The notes beneath the pieces are model-generated. The model had not been told where the DNA came from, did not search any database, and worked only from the letters and a program-made list of their open reading frames with translations. A stretch of 64,000 nucleotides of DNA from an uncultured bacterium (GTDB lineage: Bacteria > Patescibacteriota > Minisyncoccia > Phycocordibacterales > CAWITU01): contig CAWITU010000005.1 of the NCBI GenBank assembly GCA_963839205.1, positions 2,121 through 66,120 of the forward strand, written 5' to 3'. Below, in pieces: positions 26,943 to 37,409 of the stretch. Position numbers and translations under genes: made by a program. Numbering within the stretch: position 1 is the first letter of the stretch; each line of letters begins with the position of its first letter.

Positions 26943-27977
26943 CTAATTTGAAGAGGTGATCTTCATAATCGCAAGTTCTAGGGGCAAATGAGGAATATAT
27001 GACTTGCCGATTGCATCGTATGCGCCTAGAAACTCCACCAAGGTGGACGAATTGATGTTGCTTTCTTTGGTTTCAGCGAGAGTACTGACAAAAGCAAATT
27101 CTTCTTTTGATAATTCCCTTTCCATTTCCTTTTTGGCTTCGGAGGAGAAGCGAAGGAGGAGGACTTGGCGAAGCTTCTGGATTAGAAGCTTCGCCATTAT
27201 TTTCATATCAACATTCCCCTCGGCCGCCTTTGAAAGAGCGGTGAGGCCGAGGTTGGCATCCTTTTTGGTGATTGAGGAAATAATATCGTTGACTAGGGAA
27301 ATTCTTGGAGCGCCTGTTACCTTCTCAACTAATTCCAGTGATATTTTTTTAGACGATGAGGAGCCAAGGATTTTCTGCAAAAGTCCAAGGGCATCTCTGA
27401 ATGAGCCTTCGGCCATGAGAGCAATGAGATCAGCTGCCTCTCCTTCAAGAGAATAGCCTTCTTTCTTAGCAGTTCTTTCAATCACCTCTCGAATTACTGA
27501 TTGATTTGGTTTATTAAAAATATATCTTTCACATCTTGAAAGAATTGTTTCTGGAACCTTGTCTTCTTCGGTCGTAGCTAGAATAAAAATGGCGTGAGCT
27601 GGTGGTTCCTCTAGAGTTTTCAAAAATGCATTCCAGGCTTCTGGGGTAAGCATGTGAGCCTCATCAATTATGTAAACTTTATATTTTGACTCAAACGGCA
27701 GTGTATTAACGTTCTCACGAATTTCCCGAATATCATCAATTTCGCGATTTGAGGCGGCATCCATTTCATAAATGTCACTTTCACTAACTCCAATTGCTTT
27801 GGCAAAAATTCTGGCGACTGAAGTCTTGCCGGTACCACGAGAGCCGGAGAATAAGTAAGCATGGGAGATAGTTTCATTTTTGATTTCGCCTTCCAGAATT
27901 GAGACCACCTGATCTTGGCCGATTACTTCCTTAAAATTGGCTGGGCGATATTTTCGGTAAAGTGAAATATTGGACAT
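26943..27977 (-). CDS. dnaX: DNA polymerase III gamma/tau subunit (short form)
   Basis: The translation MSNISLYRKYRPANFKEVIGQDQV...HAYLFSGSRGTGKTS...YIIDEAHMLT supports the call. I chose the ATG at 27975-27977. The longer track ORF reads through the upstream terminator. Confidence 0.9.
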   Translation of the reverse strand: MSNISLYRKYRPANFKEVIGQDQVVSILEGEIKNETISHAYLFSGSRGTGKTSVARIFAKAIGVSESDIYEMDAASNREIDDIREIRENVNTLPFESKYKVYIIDEAHMLTPEAWNAFLKTLEEPPAHAIFILATTEEDKVPETILSRCERYIFNKPNQSVIREVIERTAKKEGYSLEGEAADLIALMAEGSFRDALGLLQKILGSSSSKKISLELVEKVTGAPRISLVNDIISSITKKDANLGLTALSKAAEGNVDMKIMAKLLIQKLRQVLLLRFSSEAKKEMERELSKEEFAFVSTLAETKESNINSSTLVEFLGAYDAIGKSYIPHLPLELAIMKITSSN

Positions 27978-27991
27978 GAGAGTATTGTAAC

Positions 27992-28029
27992 AAAAAAAGG
28001 GCCGCCGTGGAGTTAATCCTCGGCGGCCC
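27992..28029 (-). terminator. Strong intrinsic terminator immediately upstream of dnaX
   Basis: The hairpin gggccgccg-(13 nt)-cggcggccc spans 27999-28029 and is followed on the minus strand by U7. Confidence 0.8.
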
Positions 28030-28035
28030 AGATTT

Positions 28036-28274
28036 AAACAGTTGAAGTTAACAGATGCGGCCGGCCAAGAGCACGAGTTCGTGGAACACAAGTTCTTCGC
28101 TGAGGTCAAAATATTGCCTCATAAGTTTGCGTGCCCGAGCTGAGCAGTGGTGGCGGCCATTATGTCTCTTCCCCTCTGTTTGTTTCATAAGGTTCTTTTC
28201 CTTTTTTCTGTCGTTTTTGGTTTTCTGTCGTTTTTCAGGACAAGAAGTGAATCCGGTCCTGCTTTACCAAAACA
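28036..28274 (-). ncRNA. Candidate small RNA between dus and dnaX (identity unknown)
   Basis: This roughly 240-nt non-coding stretch ends at the strong terminator. It contains the hairpin caggac..guccug and the direct repeat aaaaacgacagaaaa x2. SRP RNA commonly sits upstream of dnaX, but I could not find the GGAAGCAG helix-8 motif. Confidence 0.25.
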
Positions 28275-29278
28275 TTAAGACAAGTCGTCAAATATGTCAA
28301 TGGCTTCCTTAACTTCTTTAAAAGAGTTGGTTTTCATGAGTTTGGTGCGAAGTTCCCTAGCACCATCAAAGCCGTTTATGTAGGCTTTATAGTGCTTTTT
28401 CATTATTGAAAAACTTTTTATATCCCCAAGCAGTTTTTCGAAGAGTTTGGTGTGCTCGAGCATGATTTTTATTTTTTCGCTCGTGGTTGGAACTTTTTTA
28501 GAAAATAACCACGGGCTTCCAAATATTGCCCTTCCAAACATTATTCCATCGCATTTCGTTTCTTTAGCTTTTTTAATAGCATCAGGGATATCAATGACAT
28601 CACCATTGCCGAAAATTAGCGTGTCTTTTTTCATCTCATTTCTAATCTCAACTACCCTTTTGACGTAGTCCCAATTAGCTGGAACCTTAGACATATCTTT
28701 TCGAGTTCGGGCATGGAGAGTTAATAGAGCAATGTCTTCTTCGAGCAGTGCTGGGATCCATTCTTCAATTTCAACTTTATTGAAGCCGACGCGAGTTTTG
28801 ACGGAGATGGGGAGTGGGGCATTTGGTTGGGCGGCGCGCCCTTTTTAGCAGCGCGGATAATTTCTTTTGCTATTTTGGGATTTTTAATTAAAGCTGCGCC
28901 GCCGCCTTGTTTCTCGATGCCACGGTCCGGACAACCCATGTTGATATCAATACCGTCGAAGCCTAGTTTAACTGCGAGCTTGGCGGCGGCTTCCATGCTT
29001 CTGTGATCTGAAGTGAAAAATTGAGCAATTATTAGTCTTTCTGATTCAGTGAAAATTAAATCTCGAAGAAGTTTCTCTTTGCCAATCTTATTGGCTTTCA
29101 AAAGCCCGTCAGCAGAAACAAACTCAGTCCACATAGCATCAGGCTTACCATACTTAGCAATCACTCTTCTGAAAGCGGCGTCAGTTACATTGGCAAGTGG
29201 TGCCAGAACAAAAATAGGTCGATTTTCTTTATCGGCCTGCTTTTTTAATTTCTGCCAAATATTCACATTATTAGACAT
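28275..29278 (-). pseudogene. dus: tRNA-dihydrouridine synthase, split by one frameshift
   Basis: - The N-terminal fragment contains LAPLANVTDAAFRRV..GFDGIDINMGCP.
- The second frame contains PISVKTRVGF...LTLHARTR...ANWDYV.
- The shift lies within about 28815-28850, near aaaaa/ggg/ccc runs. Confidence 0.85.
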
Positions 29279-29309
29279 GCGGACAAAAGGATAACACAAA
29301 TTAATCTAT

Positions 29310-30154
29310 TTAGTACTTGATGCGGTTAACTTTATAGAAAACTTTATTCGGCAACCGGAGATCAATGTATTGAATATTTGAAAGTTGTGAGGCTAGAGAG
29401 GATGATCCCTGCGAGAATAGTTGTCAGATTGTTAGACAATGTATCAAATGAGTTATCACTACCGAAAATCATATAGCCACCAGTTTTAAGATAGATTTTA
29501 TTATTTCCATCTGATTCCAAGGAACTGAAGTGGCGGTGAGATGAAAATTGGAAAGTGATTGAACAAAAGTATTTAGTTTCTGAAAATCAGTTGGATTCAT
29601 AAATTGTTGCCCGATTGGAGTGCTTGATCCAATACTTCCGTAATACATGACATAAAGCGGACCAGAAAAAATTAGGAGCTGGAGCGTACATAAATCCACT
29701 TTCTGTCCATGAAATAACAATTGGATGAACTGCGACAGAATTACCACTTGCCTCGCCGACAGGCGGGCACCAAACCGCAACCGGCTTTCTCTCAGTTACA
29801 GAATATACTTAATGGTATGTAGACCTTGCGAGAATTAATTGAGATTGAACTAATTCTTTTGAACGAATTAGAAATATCATTCTGAATATTGATTTTGGAT
29901 AAAAAAAATATTTGATCTAGAAAATAAGTGAAGATAATTTCCACTTAAATCTTTTTGAGCAACACTGTTAAATCAGAGCTTGCAGTATCTTGGTTACCGG
30001 AGACGTTAACGGTTTGAATGGCGAAAGCACTTAATTTGGAGACAAAGGAAATAGCGAAGAGAATAATCAGGAAGATTATTAATACGGCGCAGGCGAGAAA
30101 CAGCTTCTTTCGCCTGCGCCTTCTAACAACTCTTTCCGACCTTAAGATTGTCAT
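29310..30154 (-). pseudogene. ftsQ: FtsQ-like (POTRA) cell-division protein, heavily frameshifted
   Basis: The N-terminal TM segment and IQTVNVSGNQ lie at 29945-30154. The later pieces VTERKPVAVWC and IQYIDLRLPNKVFYK lie in other frames, implying at least 4 frame changes. The ATG overlaps the serS stop (ATGA). Confidence 0.6.
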
Positions 30155-31436
30155 TTTGAGATAATAGCTTCTTTGCCGTGGAGATATGGTTGGAGAATTG
30201 TAGGAATTGCGATTGACCCATCAGCACGTTGGTAGTTTTCCATGATAGCGACAAGTAGTCTGCCGAAAGCGACAGCGGTTCCATCATTCATATGAACTGG
30301 TTCTAATTTGCCGTCATCTCTCTTAACTCTGGTATTAAGGCGTCTGGACTGGAAAGCTCGTCACAAGATCGGCGCTATGAGTTTCTCGATATCTATTTTG
30401 TCCTGGCATCCAAGTCTCAATATCAATTTGTCTATAATCAGGGAAACCCATGTCTCCCGTACAAACTGCAACAACCTGATATGGAAGTTTTAATGATGAC
30501 AAAATATATTCCTGAATGGCTACCAAAAAGTTTTGCTCTTGAATTGATTGTTCAGGTAAGCAGAATGTCTCCATCTCTAATTTATCAAATTGATGTTGAC
30601 GAATTATTCCTTTGGTATCTTTGCCGTGTGAACCTGCTTCTCTTCTGAAAGCGGTTGAGTATCCAACATAACGAATCGGTAATCTTTTCTCTTCAATAAT
30701 CTCATCCATGTGAAGTGGACCGAGAGTATGTTCAGCACTACCAATAAGCATCAAATCGTCATTCGGAAACATATAGTGCTCTTCTGGGGTCATGTATCTG
30801 GCCATGCGATTCTGAACAGCTGGCTTAATGAATACTGGTGGTACTACAAAAGTAAAAGGTGTGACAGGAACCTGTAGATTCGCAGAAAGGGCAATATTTT
30901 TCAAAGTCTCTTCATTAGTCAGAGTATCAATGCAGAAATTAAGAACAGCAAACTGAAGTAATGCTAAATCACCTTTGATATATGCAAAGCGCGAGCCAGA
31001 AACTTCTCCCGCCTTTTCAATATCTAAAATTCCAAGAGCCTTACCAAGTTCATCATGTTCTTTCGGAGTGAAATCAAAAGTTGGTTTGTCACCGACTTGT
31101 TTTAAAATTTTATTTTGATTCTCATCTTTTCCAACTGGAGTATCAAGGGAAGGAATGTTTGGAACCTTGAGCATCAGAGAAATGTAGGTCTTATCAAGAT
31201 CATCAAACTTGAGCTCTTCTTTCTCCAATTCTTTCTTGAGCCTAATTCCCTCCTCAATATTTCGAGCTACGCTGAGCTTCATTTCGCTTCTGATTAATTT
31301 CATCAATTAACTGTCGGCTGTTTTTTCGCTCTTCTGATACGGAAATCAATTTATCAAGATCAACATCGCGGTTTTTGTTTTTAACCGCGGCATCTACGAT
31401 ATCCTTATTTTCCTTAATGAATTTAATATCTAACAT
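30151..31436 (-). pseudogene. serS: Seryl-tRNA synthetase with two frameshifts
   Basis: - The N-terminal coiled coil starts MLDIKFIKENKDIV (31254-31436).
- The core (30335-31306) contains RFAYIKGDLALLQFA..FRREAGSHGKDTKGIIRQHQFDKLE.
- The C-terminus NDGTAVAFGRLLVAIMENYQ is in a third frame and ends at 30151. Confidence 0.9.
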
Positions 31437-31502
31437 ATGGATTTAGTATACAGAACCTTTGGATTTTAACAAAAATTCATATAGGGTTCATATAATGTTT
31501 GG

Positions 31503-32368
31503 ATGAGATTAATTTATAAAGAGGAATTTCCCGAACTTTTGCGGGAAATTCCGGATTGTCCTGAGAAGCTGTATTTGATTGGTGAGCTACCAAATTATTC
31601 TTCAAAATTCTTATGCGTTGTTGGTTCTAGAAAATACACAGAGTATGGTGAGGAAGTTTGTAGAGAATTAATTAAAGGACTTACCGGTTTGATATTGTGA
31701 TTGTTTCTGGGCTCGCAATTGGAATTGATACCTTGGCTCATGAAAGTGCTCTGACAACAGGACTTAAGACAATGGCTTTCCCGGGGTCAGGATTAGCCGA
31801 AGGATTTTTGTATCCTGACAGAAATCGAAAGCTGGCCGAAAAATTGTAAATGCTGGTGGATGTCTTCTGTCTGAATTTCCGCCAGAGACTCCCGGATTTC
31901 CTGCAAACTTTCCACAAAGGAACAGAATCATGGCGGGCATGTCGCACGCAACGCTAGTTATTGAAGCTGTTAAGAAATCTGGAACGTTAATAACAGCAAG
32001 ACTAGCGCTAGACTACAATAGAGAAGTTCTTAACTGTTCCTGGACCAATCTTTTCCGAAACAGCTGAAGGGCCGCATTACTTACTGACTCAGGGAGCGAA
32101 GCTTATTCAATCGTCGGAGGACATTATTGAAGCACTTGGACTGGGAAAAGGAACGCCCTCGACAAAGCTCGGGCCAAGCAGAACCTACTCCGATTGTTCT
32201 GATTCCGAAAAGTATCTTGTTGAGCTCCTATCTAATCCAATTTCAAAGGAAGAATTAATAATAAAAGCTCGCGAAAAATTACCGATAAGTGATATTAATA
32301 TTGCTCTATCAATTCTTGAAATCAAAGGCTACATCACTGAGAAATTAGGTGAAATATATTTAACATAA
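31503..32368 (+). pseudogene. dprA: DNA-processing protein DprA (Smf) with about 3 frameshifts
   Basis: DprA pieces occur in successive frames: VVGSRKYTEYGEEV, IVSGLAIGIDTLAHESAL, FPQRNRIMAGMSHATLVIEA..SGTLITA and a winged-helix tail LSILEIKGYI. Confidence 0.85.
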
Positions 32369-32463
32369 TTTTAAAAAATCTTTATTGAAATTTCATTCTC
32401 AATCTATATGATTTTAATTGGAACATTTGCCAAAAAAAATATATTCGTGTAATACTAGCGACT

Positions 32464-34629
32464 ATGAAACTATTAATTGTTGAATCCCCAGCCAAAGCAA
32501 AGACAATAGAGAAGTATCTTGGAGCGCCATACAAAGTGGTTGCCTCTGTTGGACACGTTCGTGATTTGCCTAAGAGCAATAAGAAAGCAATTGATATTCC
32601 TGGTGGCTTTATTCCTCACTATGAAATTACTCCTGGGAAAGAAAAAGTTATTAGTGAAATCAAAGGTCTAGTAAAAAAAGCTGATGAAGTAATCCTCGCA
32701 ACCGACCCCGACCGTGAAGGTGAAGCGATTGCTTGGCACATCAAAGAAGCACTTGGCTTAAAGGATCCAAAGAGAGTTGTCTTCCATGAAATTACCAAAG
32801 AGGCTATTCAAGAGGCCGTTCTACATCCCCGCGAAATTGATAACAATCTTAAGGAGGCCCAGGAAGCTAGACGTGTTCTTGATCGTTTGGTTGGTTATGA
32901 TCTCTCGGGTTTAATCTGGAAAAAAGTTAGATACGGTCTTTCTGCTGGACGAGTTCAATCACCCGCTCTTCGCATCATTATGGAAAGAGAGCGAGAAATC
33001 AGAGCTTTCATTCCAGAAAAATTCTGGACAATTGAAGGTGATTTCAAAACTAAAGCCAAAGATGCAATTACCTTAGCTTGTACCGAAGAACCACGTGATG
33101 AAAAGGAAGTTGAAAAAATTCTTAAAATTGGACGAGCCGACAAATGGAAAGTTATGGATGTCAGTGAGACTGAAGTAAAGAGGTCCCCTCGCGCTCCGTT
33201 CATTACCTCCACTCTTCAACAAACAGCTTCCACAAGATTAGGTTTCGCACCTTCTCGTACCATGGGAATTGCTCAAAAGCTTTATGAAGGAGGTTTCATT
33301 ACTTACATGAGAACTGATAGCACCACCTTGAGCAAACAAGCGCTCGGACAGATTTTCTCTGTGATTGAAAAGAAATACGGTAAGAATAATCTATCACCTA
33401 GAACATTTTCTGCTAAAAGTAAAAATGCTCAAGAGGCTCACGAAGCGATTCGTCCAACAAATGCTTTAGAAGATGATGTTCCAGGTACCGAAGAACAAAA
33501 GAGGCTCTACAGATTAATCTGGCAGAGATCTGTGGCTTCTCAAATGGCCGACGCAACACTTCTAAGAGGCAAGATTATCGCAAACGTTGAGGAAAAAACT
33601 ATTCCAGATTTTTCTGCAACTGGTACAAGAGTTAAAAGTGAAGGATGGCTTTTAGCTGACCCAGATGCTCGAGGCGATGATGTTACCCTTCCAAAACTTT
33701 CAATTGGCGAGGCGCTTGATTTAGTTGAACTCAAAAGCACTGCCAAGGAAACGGAACCACCTCCAAGATACTCAGAAGCAGGCCTCATTAAAGAGCTTGA
33801 AAAAAGAGGCATTGGACGACCATCCACTTACGCTTCAATTATAAAGACATTGGAAGACAGAAAATATGTTGAGAAGATTAATAAGGCTTTAATTCCAACG
33901 GATACTGGAGATGTCGTTTCCTCATTCCTTGAACAAAATTTCACGAATTATATTAGTGACTCATTCACAGCGGAGATGGAAGATGAGTTGGATGAAATCG
34001 CATCTGGCAAAAGAAAATATGTTCCAACATTAAAAGCGTTTTATACTCCTTTCACCAAAGAAGTGAAAGCTAAAGACAAAATGGATAAAATTACAAAAAT
34101 GGGAGATGCACCAAAAGAGTTTCCATGTCCTAAGTGCGGAAGCCCAATGATTATTAAGCTCGGCAAAAATGGAAAGTTTATGAGTTGTTCTAAATTTCCT
34201 GATTGTGCTGGTGCTAGAACAATTGAAGGAAAGGAATTAGAAGGACCAAGAGAGACTGGCGAATTGTGTCCGGATTGCAAAACTGGAAAGCTAATTGAGC
34301 GTGATGGAAAATTCGGACGCTTCATTGCCTGTGCCAACTATCCAAAGTGTAAATATATTAAAAAAGATGAGGCATTGGAGAAAGCAAACTCAACCGGTGT
34401 TCAATGTCCTGTCTGCAAAGAAGGTTACATGGTAGAACGTCGTGGACGATTTGGACTTTTCTATAGCTGTTCAAATTATCCAAAATGCAAAAATGCAATT
34501 AAAGCTAAACCGACCGGTAAGATCTGCCCAATGTGTGGATCACTCATGATGGAAGGCACCAAAACTATTCCAGAACGTTGCTCAAACAAAATCTGCGCTA
34601 ACCATAACCCACATAAACTAATATCCTAA
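32464..34629 (+). CDS. topA: DNA topoisomerase I
   Basis: This 721-aa ORF has MKLLIVESPAKAKTIEKYLG (Toprim), ITYMRTDS (active-site Tyr) and four C-terminal CxxC..CxxC zinc ribbons. Confidence 0.96.
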   Translation: MKLLIVESPAKAKTIEKYLGAPYKVVASVGHVRDLPKSNKKAIDIPGGFIPHYEITPGKEKVISEIKGLVKKADEVILATDPDREGEAIAWHIKEALGLKDPKRVVFHEITKEAIQEAVLHPREIDNNLKEAQEARRVLDRLVGYDLSGLIWKKVRYGLSAGRVQSPALRIIMEREREIRAFIPEKFWTIEGDFKTKAKDAITLACTEEPRDEKEVEKILKIGRADKWKVMDVSETEVKRSPRAPFITSTLQQTASTRLGFAPSRTMGIAQKLYEGGFITYMRTDSTTLSKQALGQIFSVIEKKYGKNNLSPRTFSAKSKNAQEAHEAIRPTNALEDDVPGTEEQKRLYRLIWQRSVASQMADATLLRGKIIANVEEKTIPDFSATGTRVKSEGWLLADPDARGDDVTLPKLSIGEALDLVELKSTAKETEPPPRYSEAGLIKELEKRGIGRPSTYASIIKTLEDRKYVEKINKALIPTDTGDVVSSFLEQNFTNYISDSFTAEMEDELDEIASGKRKYVPTLKAFYTPFTKEVKAKDKMDKITKMGDAPKEFPCPKCGSPMIIKLGKNGKFMSCSKFPDCAGARTIEGKELEGPRETGELCPDCKTGKLIERDGKFGRFIACANYPKCKYIKKDEALEKANSTGVQCPVCKEGYMVERRGRFGLFYSCSNYPKCKNAIKAKPTGKICPMCGSLMMEGTKTIPERCSNKICANHNPHKLIS

Positions 34630-35592
34630 TTATAGAGAGAAATTCTTGATTGAATAGAGGTCTTCGTCGGATTCCTTTTTGTCTTGCGCGGAGCGGTCAT
34701 CAACTGGAATTTCAGGAATTATTTCAGAATTATTTTCTAAAGAATCAGCAATCATTGGAGAAGCGCCACTTGCTTTCATCAAATCTAAAATTGCTCGGAG
34801 GTCTTGATTAGAAAAGAAATCAATTACTAACTTACCTCCTTGGTCTTTTCTTTCAATCTGAACTCTGGTTCCGAGAGTTTCTGTGAGTTTATTTTCCAAT
34901 TCAACTAATTCAGGATCAAAAGCTCTTTCTTTCTTGCGAATCTTGTCATAAGCAATACGGCGAGCAATTGCTTCAGCCTCACGAACTGTGAGCTTTTTGA
35001 ATGTGATTTCTTTAAACAAGGTGCTTTGTTCTTCTGGACGATCGGTAAGCATCATGAGAGGTCGTGCATGACCTTCGGTAATTCTATTTTCGCTAATAGC
35101 ATTTAAAATATCTTCTGGCAAAGTCAAAAGTCTCAATGTGTTACTTACATATTCACGACTCTTACCAACTTTCTCCGCAATCTGATTATGTTTAAATTGA
35201 AATTCATCAACTAATCTTTGGAAAGCTCGCGCACGATCAACGGGATTTAAATCTTCTCTCTGAAGATTTTCAATAATAGCGAGTTCAAGTTTTACTCTGT
35301 CGTCCTCCTGACTTGATCGGATAATACAAGGCACTTGAGAAAGACCGGCGAGTTTTGAGGCACGTAGGCGTCTCTCACCTGAAATTAATTCGTATTCAAC
35401 AGCCAAGCCACCATCCTCCTTAACTACCTCGCCACGAGTGACGACGAGAGGTTGAAGAACCCCGTACATACGAATAGATTCCGCCAAATCACGCAGACGA
35501 TCCTTATCGAATTCGTGACGTGGTTGGAACGGGTTTGGTTTTACTTTTTCAACTTCTATCCAGAAGATTGAGTCACTAAAGAATTGGGACAT
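34630..35592 (-). CDS. parB: ParB/Spo0J chromosome-partitioning protein
   Basis: The translation NPFQPRHEFD...ISGERRLRASKLAGLSQVPCIIR supports the call. No parA is adjacent, and its stop codon abuts the topA stop (taa|tta). Confidence 0.9.
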   Translation of the reverse strand: MSQFFSDSIFWIEVEKVKPNPFQPRHEFDKDRLRDLAESIRMYGVLQPLVVTRGEVVKEDGGLAVEYELISGERRLRASKLAGLSQVPCIIRSSQEDDRVKLELAIIENLQREDLNPVDRARAFQRLVDEFQFKHNQIAEKVGKSREYVSNTLRLLTLPEDILNAISENRITEGHARPLMMLTDRPEEQSTLFKEITFKKLTVREAEAIARRIAYDKIRKKERAFDPELVELENKLTETLGTRVQIERKDQGGKLVIDFFSNQDLRAILDLMKASGASPMIADSLENNSEIIPEIPVDDRSAQDKKESDEDLYSIKNFSL

Positions 35593-35629
35593 GAGAGAAT
35601 TATAACATATGAGCTTAAAAAATTAATAC

Positions 35630-35662
35630 AAAAACCGCCGCCCCACTGAGTCGGGGCGGCGG
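35630..35662 (-). terminator. Intrinsic terminator after the PurC-PurE ORF
   Basis: The hairpin ccgccgcccc-actgagtc-ggggcggcgg spans 35635-35662, with UUUUU on the minus strand. Confidence 0.75.
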
Positions 35663-35676
35663 ACTGATTTTGAGAA

Positions 35677-37161
35677 TCAGAATTTAATTAAACCAATCTC
35701 TGCCGGAAGGTCCTTAATCGTTTTCGGCAGGAACTCGTGATGGAGTGCCGCATCGATTGCAGAGCGTAATCCTTCATGGCCATAGTATGCTTTACCATAT
35801 GGATCTAACTCAACTGGCTGATTAGGCAAACACTCAATCGAGAGCTGGGCAGAAAGATCGTCTTCTGCAGTCGCTCCGTTTAGCGCAACTCCGATGACCG
35901 GAATTTCCGAATGCCCACTATGCAAAGGTGGCTTTTGACGACACCGGGTAGAGCTGGTGCTTTACCAGCCGCAGCAATAACCACAGTTGCCTTACTTAGA
36001 CCATCCTTGGCAAAATTAGCCAATTGCTCCGGATTGCGATGACAGCTGATAACACTAATCCTAACGTGCGCAGTTTCGTTTCTTTTCAACTCGACGACTG
36101 CATCCGTAATTCGTGGAATGTCGTTCTCTACTTCCAACGATTATTTCAATCGTCGGCTTCGGCATTCTGAAATGAATCCCCATATCTTCGTTCTGGAAGA
36201 CCTCCAGCTTTTTGCCGGTGAGTCTCCAAAATATATATCGATAGATTCGGTGCGTCATATTGATGACATCATCAGGCACTACCAAGCCGTGGACATAACT
36301 GACGTCATTCTGGTCCAGGGGATTAAGTTTATTAATTCCATTTTTAATCCCCCAGTTTCGAATGTATTGCTTATCGAGCGACGGCGGAAACTTTCCAGGC
36401 TCCCGATTGTCCCAATCAGCTTTACTCACGAACCGACTTGAATCCGGTGTGAACTTTTCATCGACGAGATACAACTTTCCATCCAGAAAACTGAATTCAA
36501 GTTTAGTATCTGCCAAAATTAGCCCACGACTTTCAGCATGCTTTGCTGCAATGCAGAATGCTTGAATCGCAAGCCGTTCCCTTTGAGCACCGTAACGTGA
36601 AGCCACAAAGTCGGCAGTGATATGCTCGTCCTCGTCGCTCTTGTTGGTTGGTGTGTAAATTGGGTACGGCAACATGTCACCGTCATGAAGACCTGGTGGC
36701 AAGCGATGACCGCAAACCATTCCAGTCTCCTGATAACTCTTGAGACCCGTGCCAGTTAAGACCTGACGGATTACGTCCTCCACATCTGGGGCTGGAAATT
36801 TTTTGATTACCATTCCCCTTTTTTGTAGATCGAGATCGTGCTCGAGTTCTTTTGGAAGATAGTGGGTCACCCGATGACCGTATGCGACACAATCGGTATC
36901 GAATACCTGTCTGAGGAAATCCCTCTGCCAGAAGCAGGTCAAAGCGGTGAGAATCTCACCCTTCTCAGGAATTTCAGCATTCAAAACATGATTGAAGATG
37001 CTGACTCGATTGCTCGCCAAAGGAAACATTTCAGCCGGATGATTGGGGAGTTCGAATTGATCCCGAACCTTTCCTTGACTACGATGAGTCATACCAACTG
37101 AAAGTAAACGCTCGTTTAGAGCTTTTTGTTTTTGAAGAATCGGTTGCGGAATAGTTGCCAT
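35677..37161 (-). pseudogene. purC: Fused SAICAR synthetase (PurC) and PurE-like AIR carboxylase/mutase domain, with two frameshifts in the PurE part
   Basis: - The PurC part contains GKVRD, LADTKLEF, DEKFTPDSSRF and DKQYIRNW.
- It continues in the same frame into IEIIVGS with no stop.
- The remaining PurE pieces lie in other frames: DIPRITDAVVEL..VISCHRNP..AAAGKAPALPGVV..IPVIGVALNG. Confidence 0.75.
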
Positions 37162-37301
37162 AATTTTCCTTATGGTAAAGATTGTATAGAGCGATAGTTC
37201 AGCCGGAATGGCAGACTATTTCTGGGTAAGTATTACCATAACGAGGCCAAAATACAAAATAAGATTGCATTTTAGGAAAATTTCACTACACTTAGAAAAC
37301 T

Positions 37302-37388
37302 GCCGGGATGGCGGAATTGGCAGACGCTCACGACTCAAAATCGTGCGAGGGCAACCTCATGGGAGTTCAAGTCTCCCTCCCGGCACCA
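37302..37388 (+). tRNA. tRNA-Leu (anticodon CAA), CCA encoded
   Basis: The sequence gccggga...cacga-cuCAAaa-ucgug has a long variable arm, the T loop guucaaguc and a 3' end ucccggcACCA. Confidence 0.88.
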
Positions 37389-37409
37389 AAATAGGATTGT
37401 ATTTTTTAT

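Noticed and set aside
26943-27977. Programmed -1 frameshift in dnaX (the gamma/tau mechanism of E. coli).
   Set aside because: The ORF is a short 344-aa form ending normally. I saw no A-AAA-AAG slippery heptamer followed by a stem-loop within it.
27978-28109. The 5' extension of the dnaX ORF, giving the 388-aa track version starting at 28109.
   Set aside because: The extension reads through a strong terminator hairpin and has no similarity to DnaX. The canonical N-terminus MSNISLYRKYRPANF starts at 27977.
28205-28235. Direct repeat ttttctgtcgttttt x2 as a possible CRISPR or other repeat array.
   Set aside because: There are only two copies, 15 nt each and nearly adjacent, with no spacer architecture and no cas genes in the window.
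34624-34635. The topA and parB stop codons abut directly (taa|tta) with no intergenic terminator.
   Set aside because: This is real but unremarkable in compact genomes. There is no evidence of a functional element, so I record it only as a compaction indicator.
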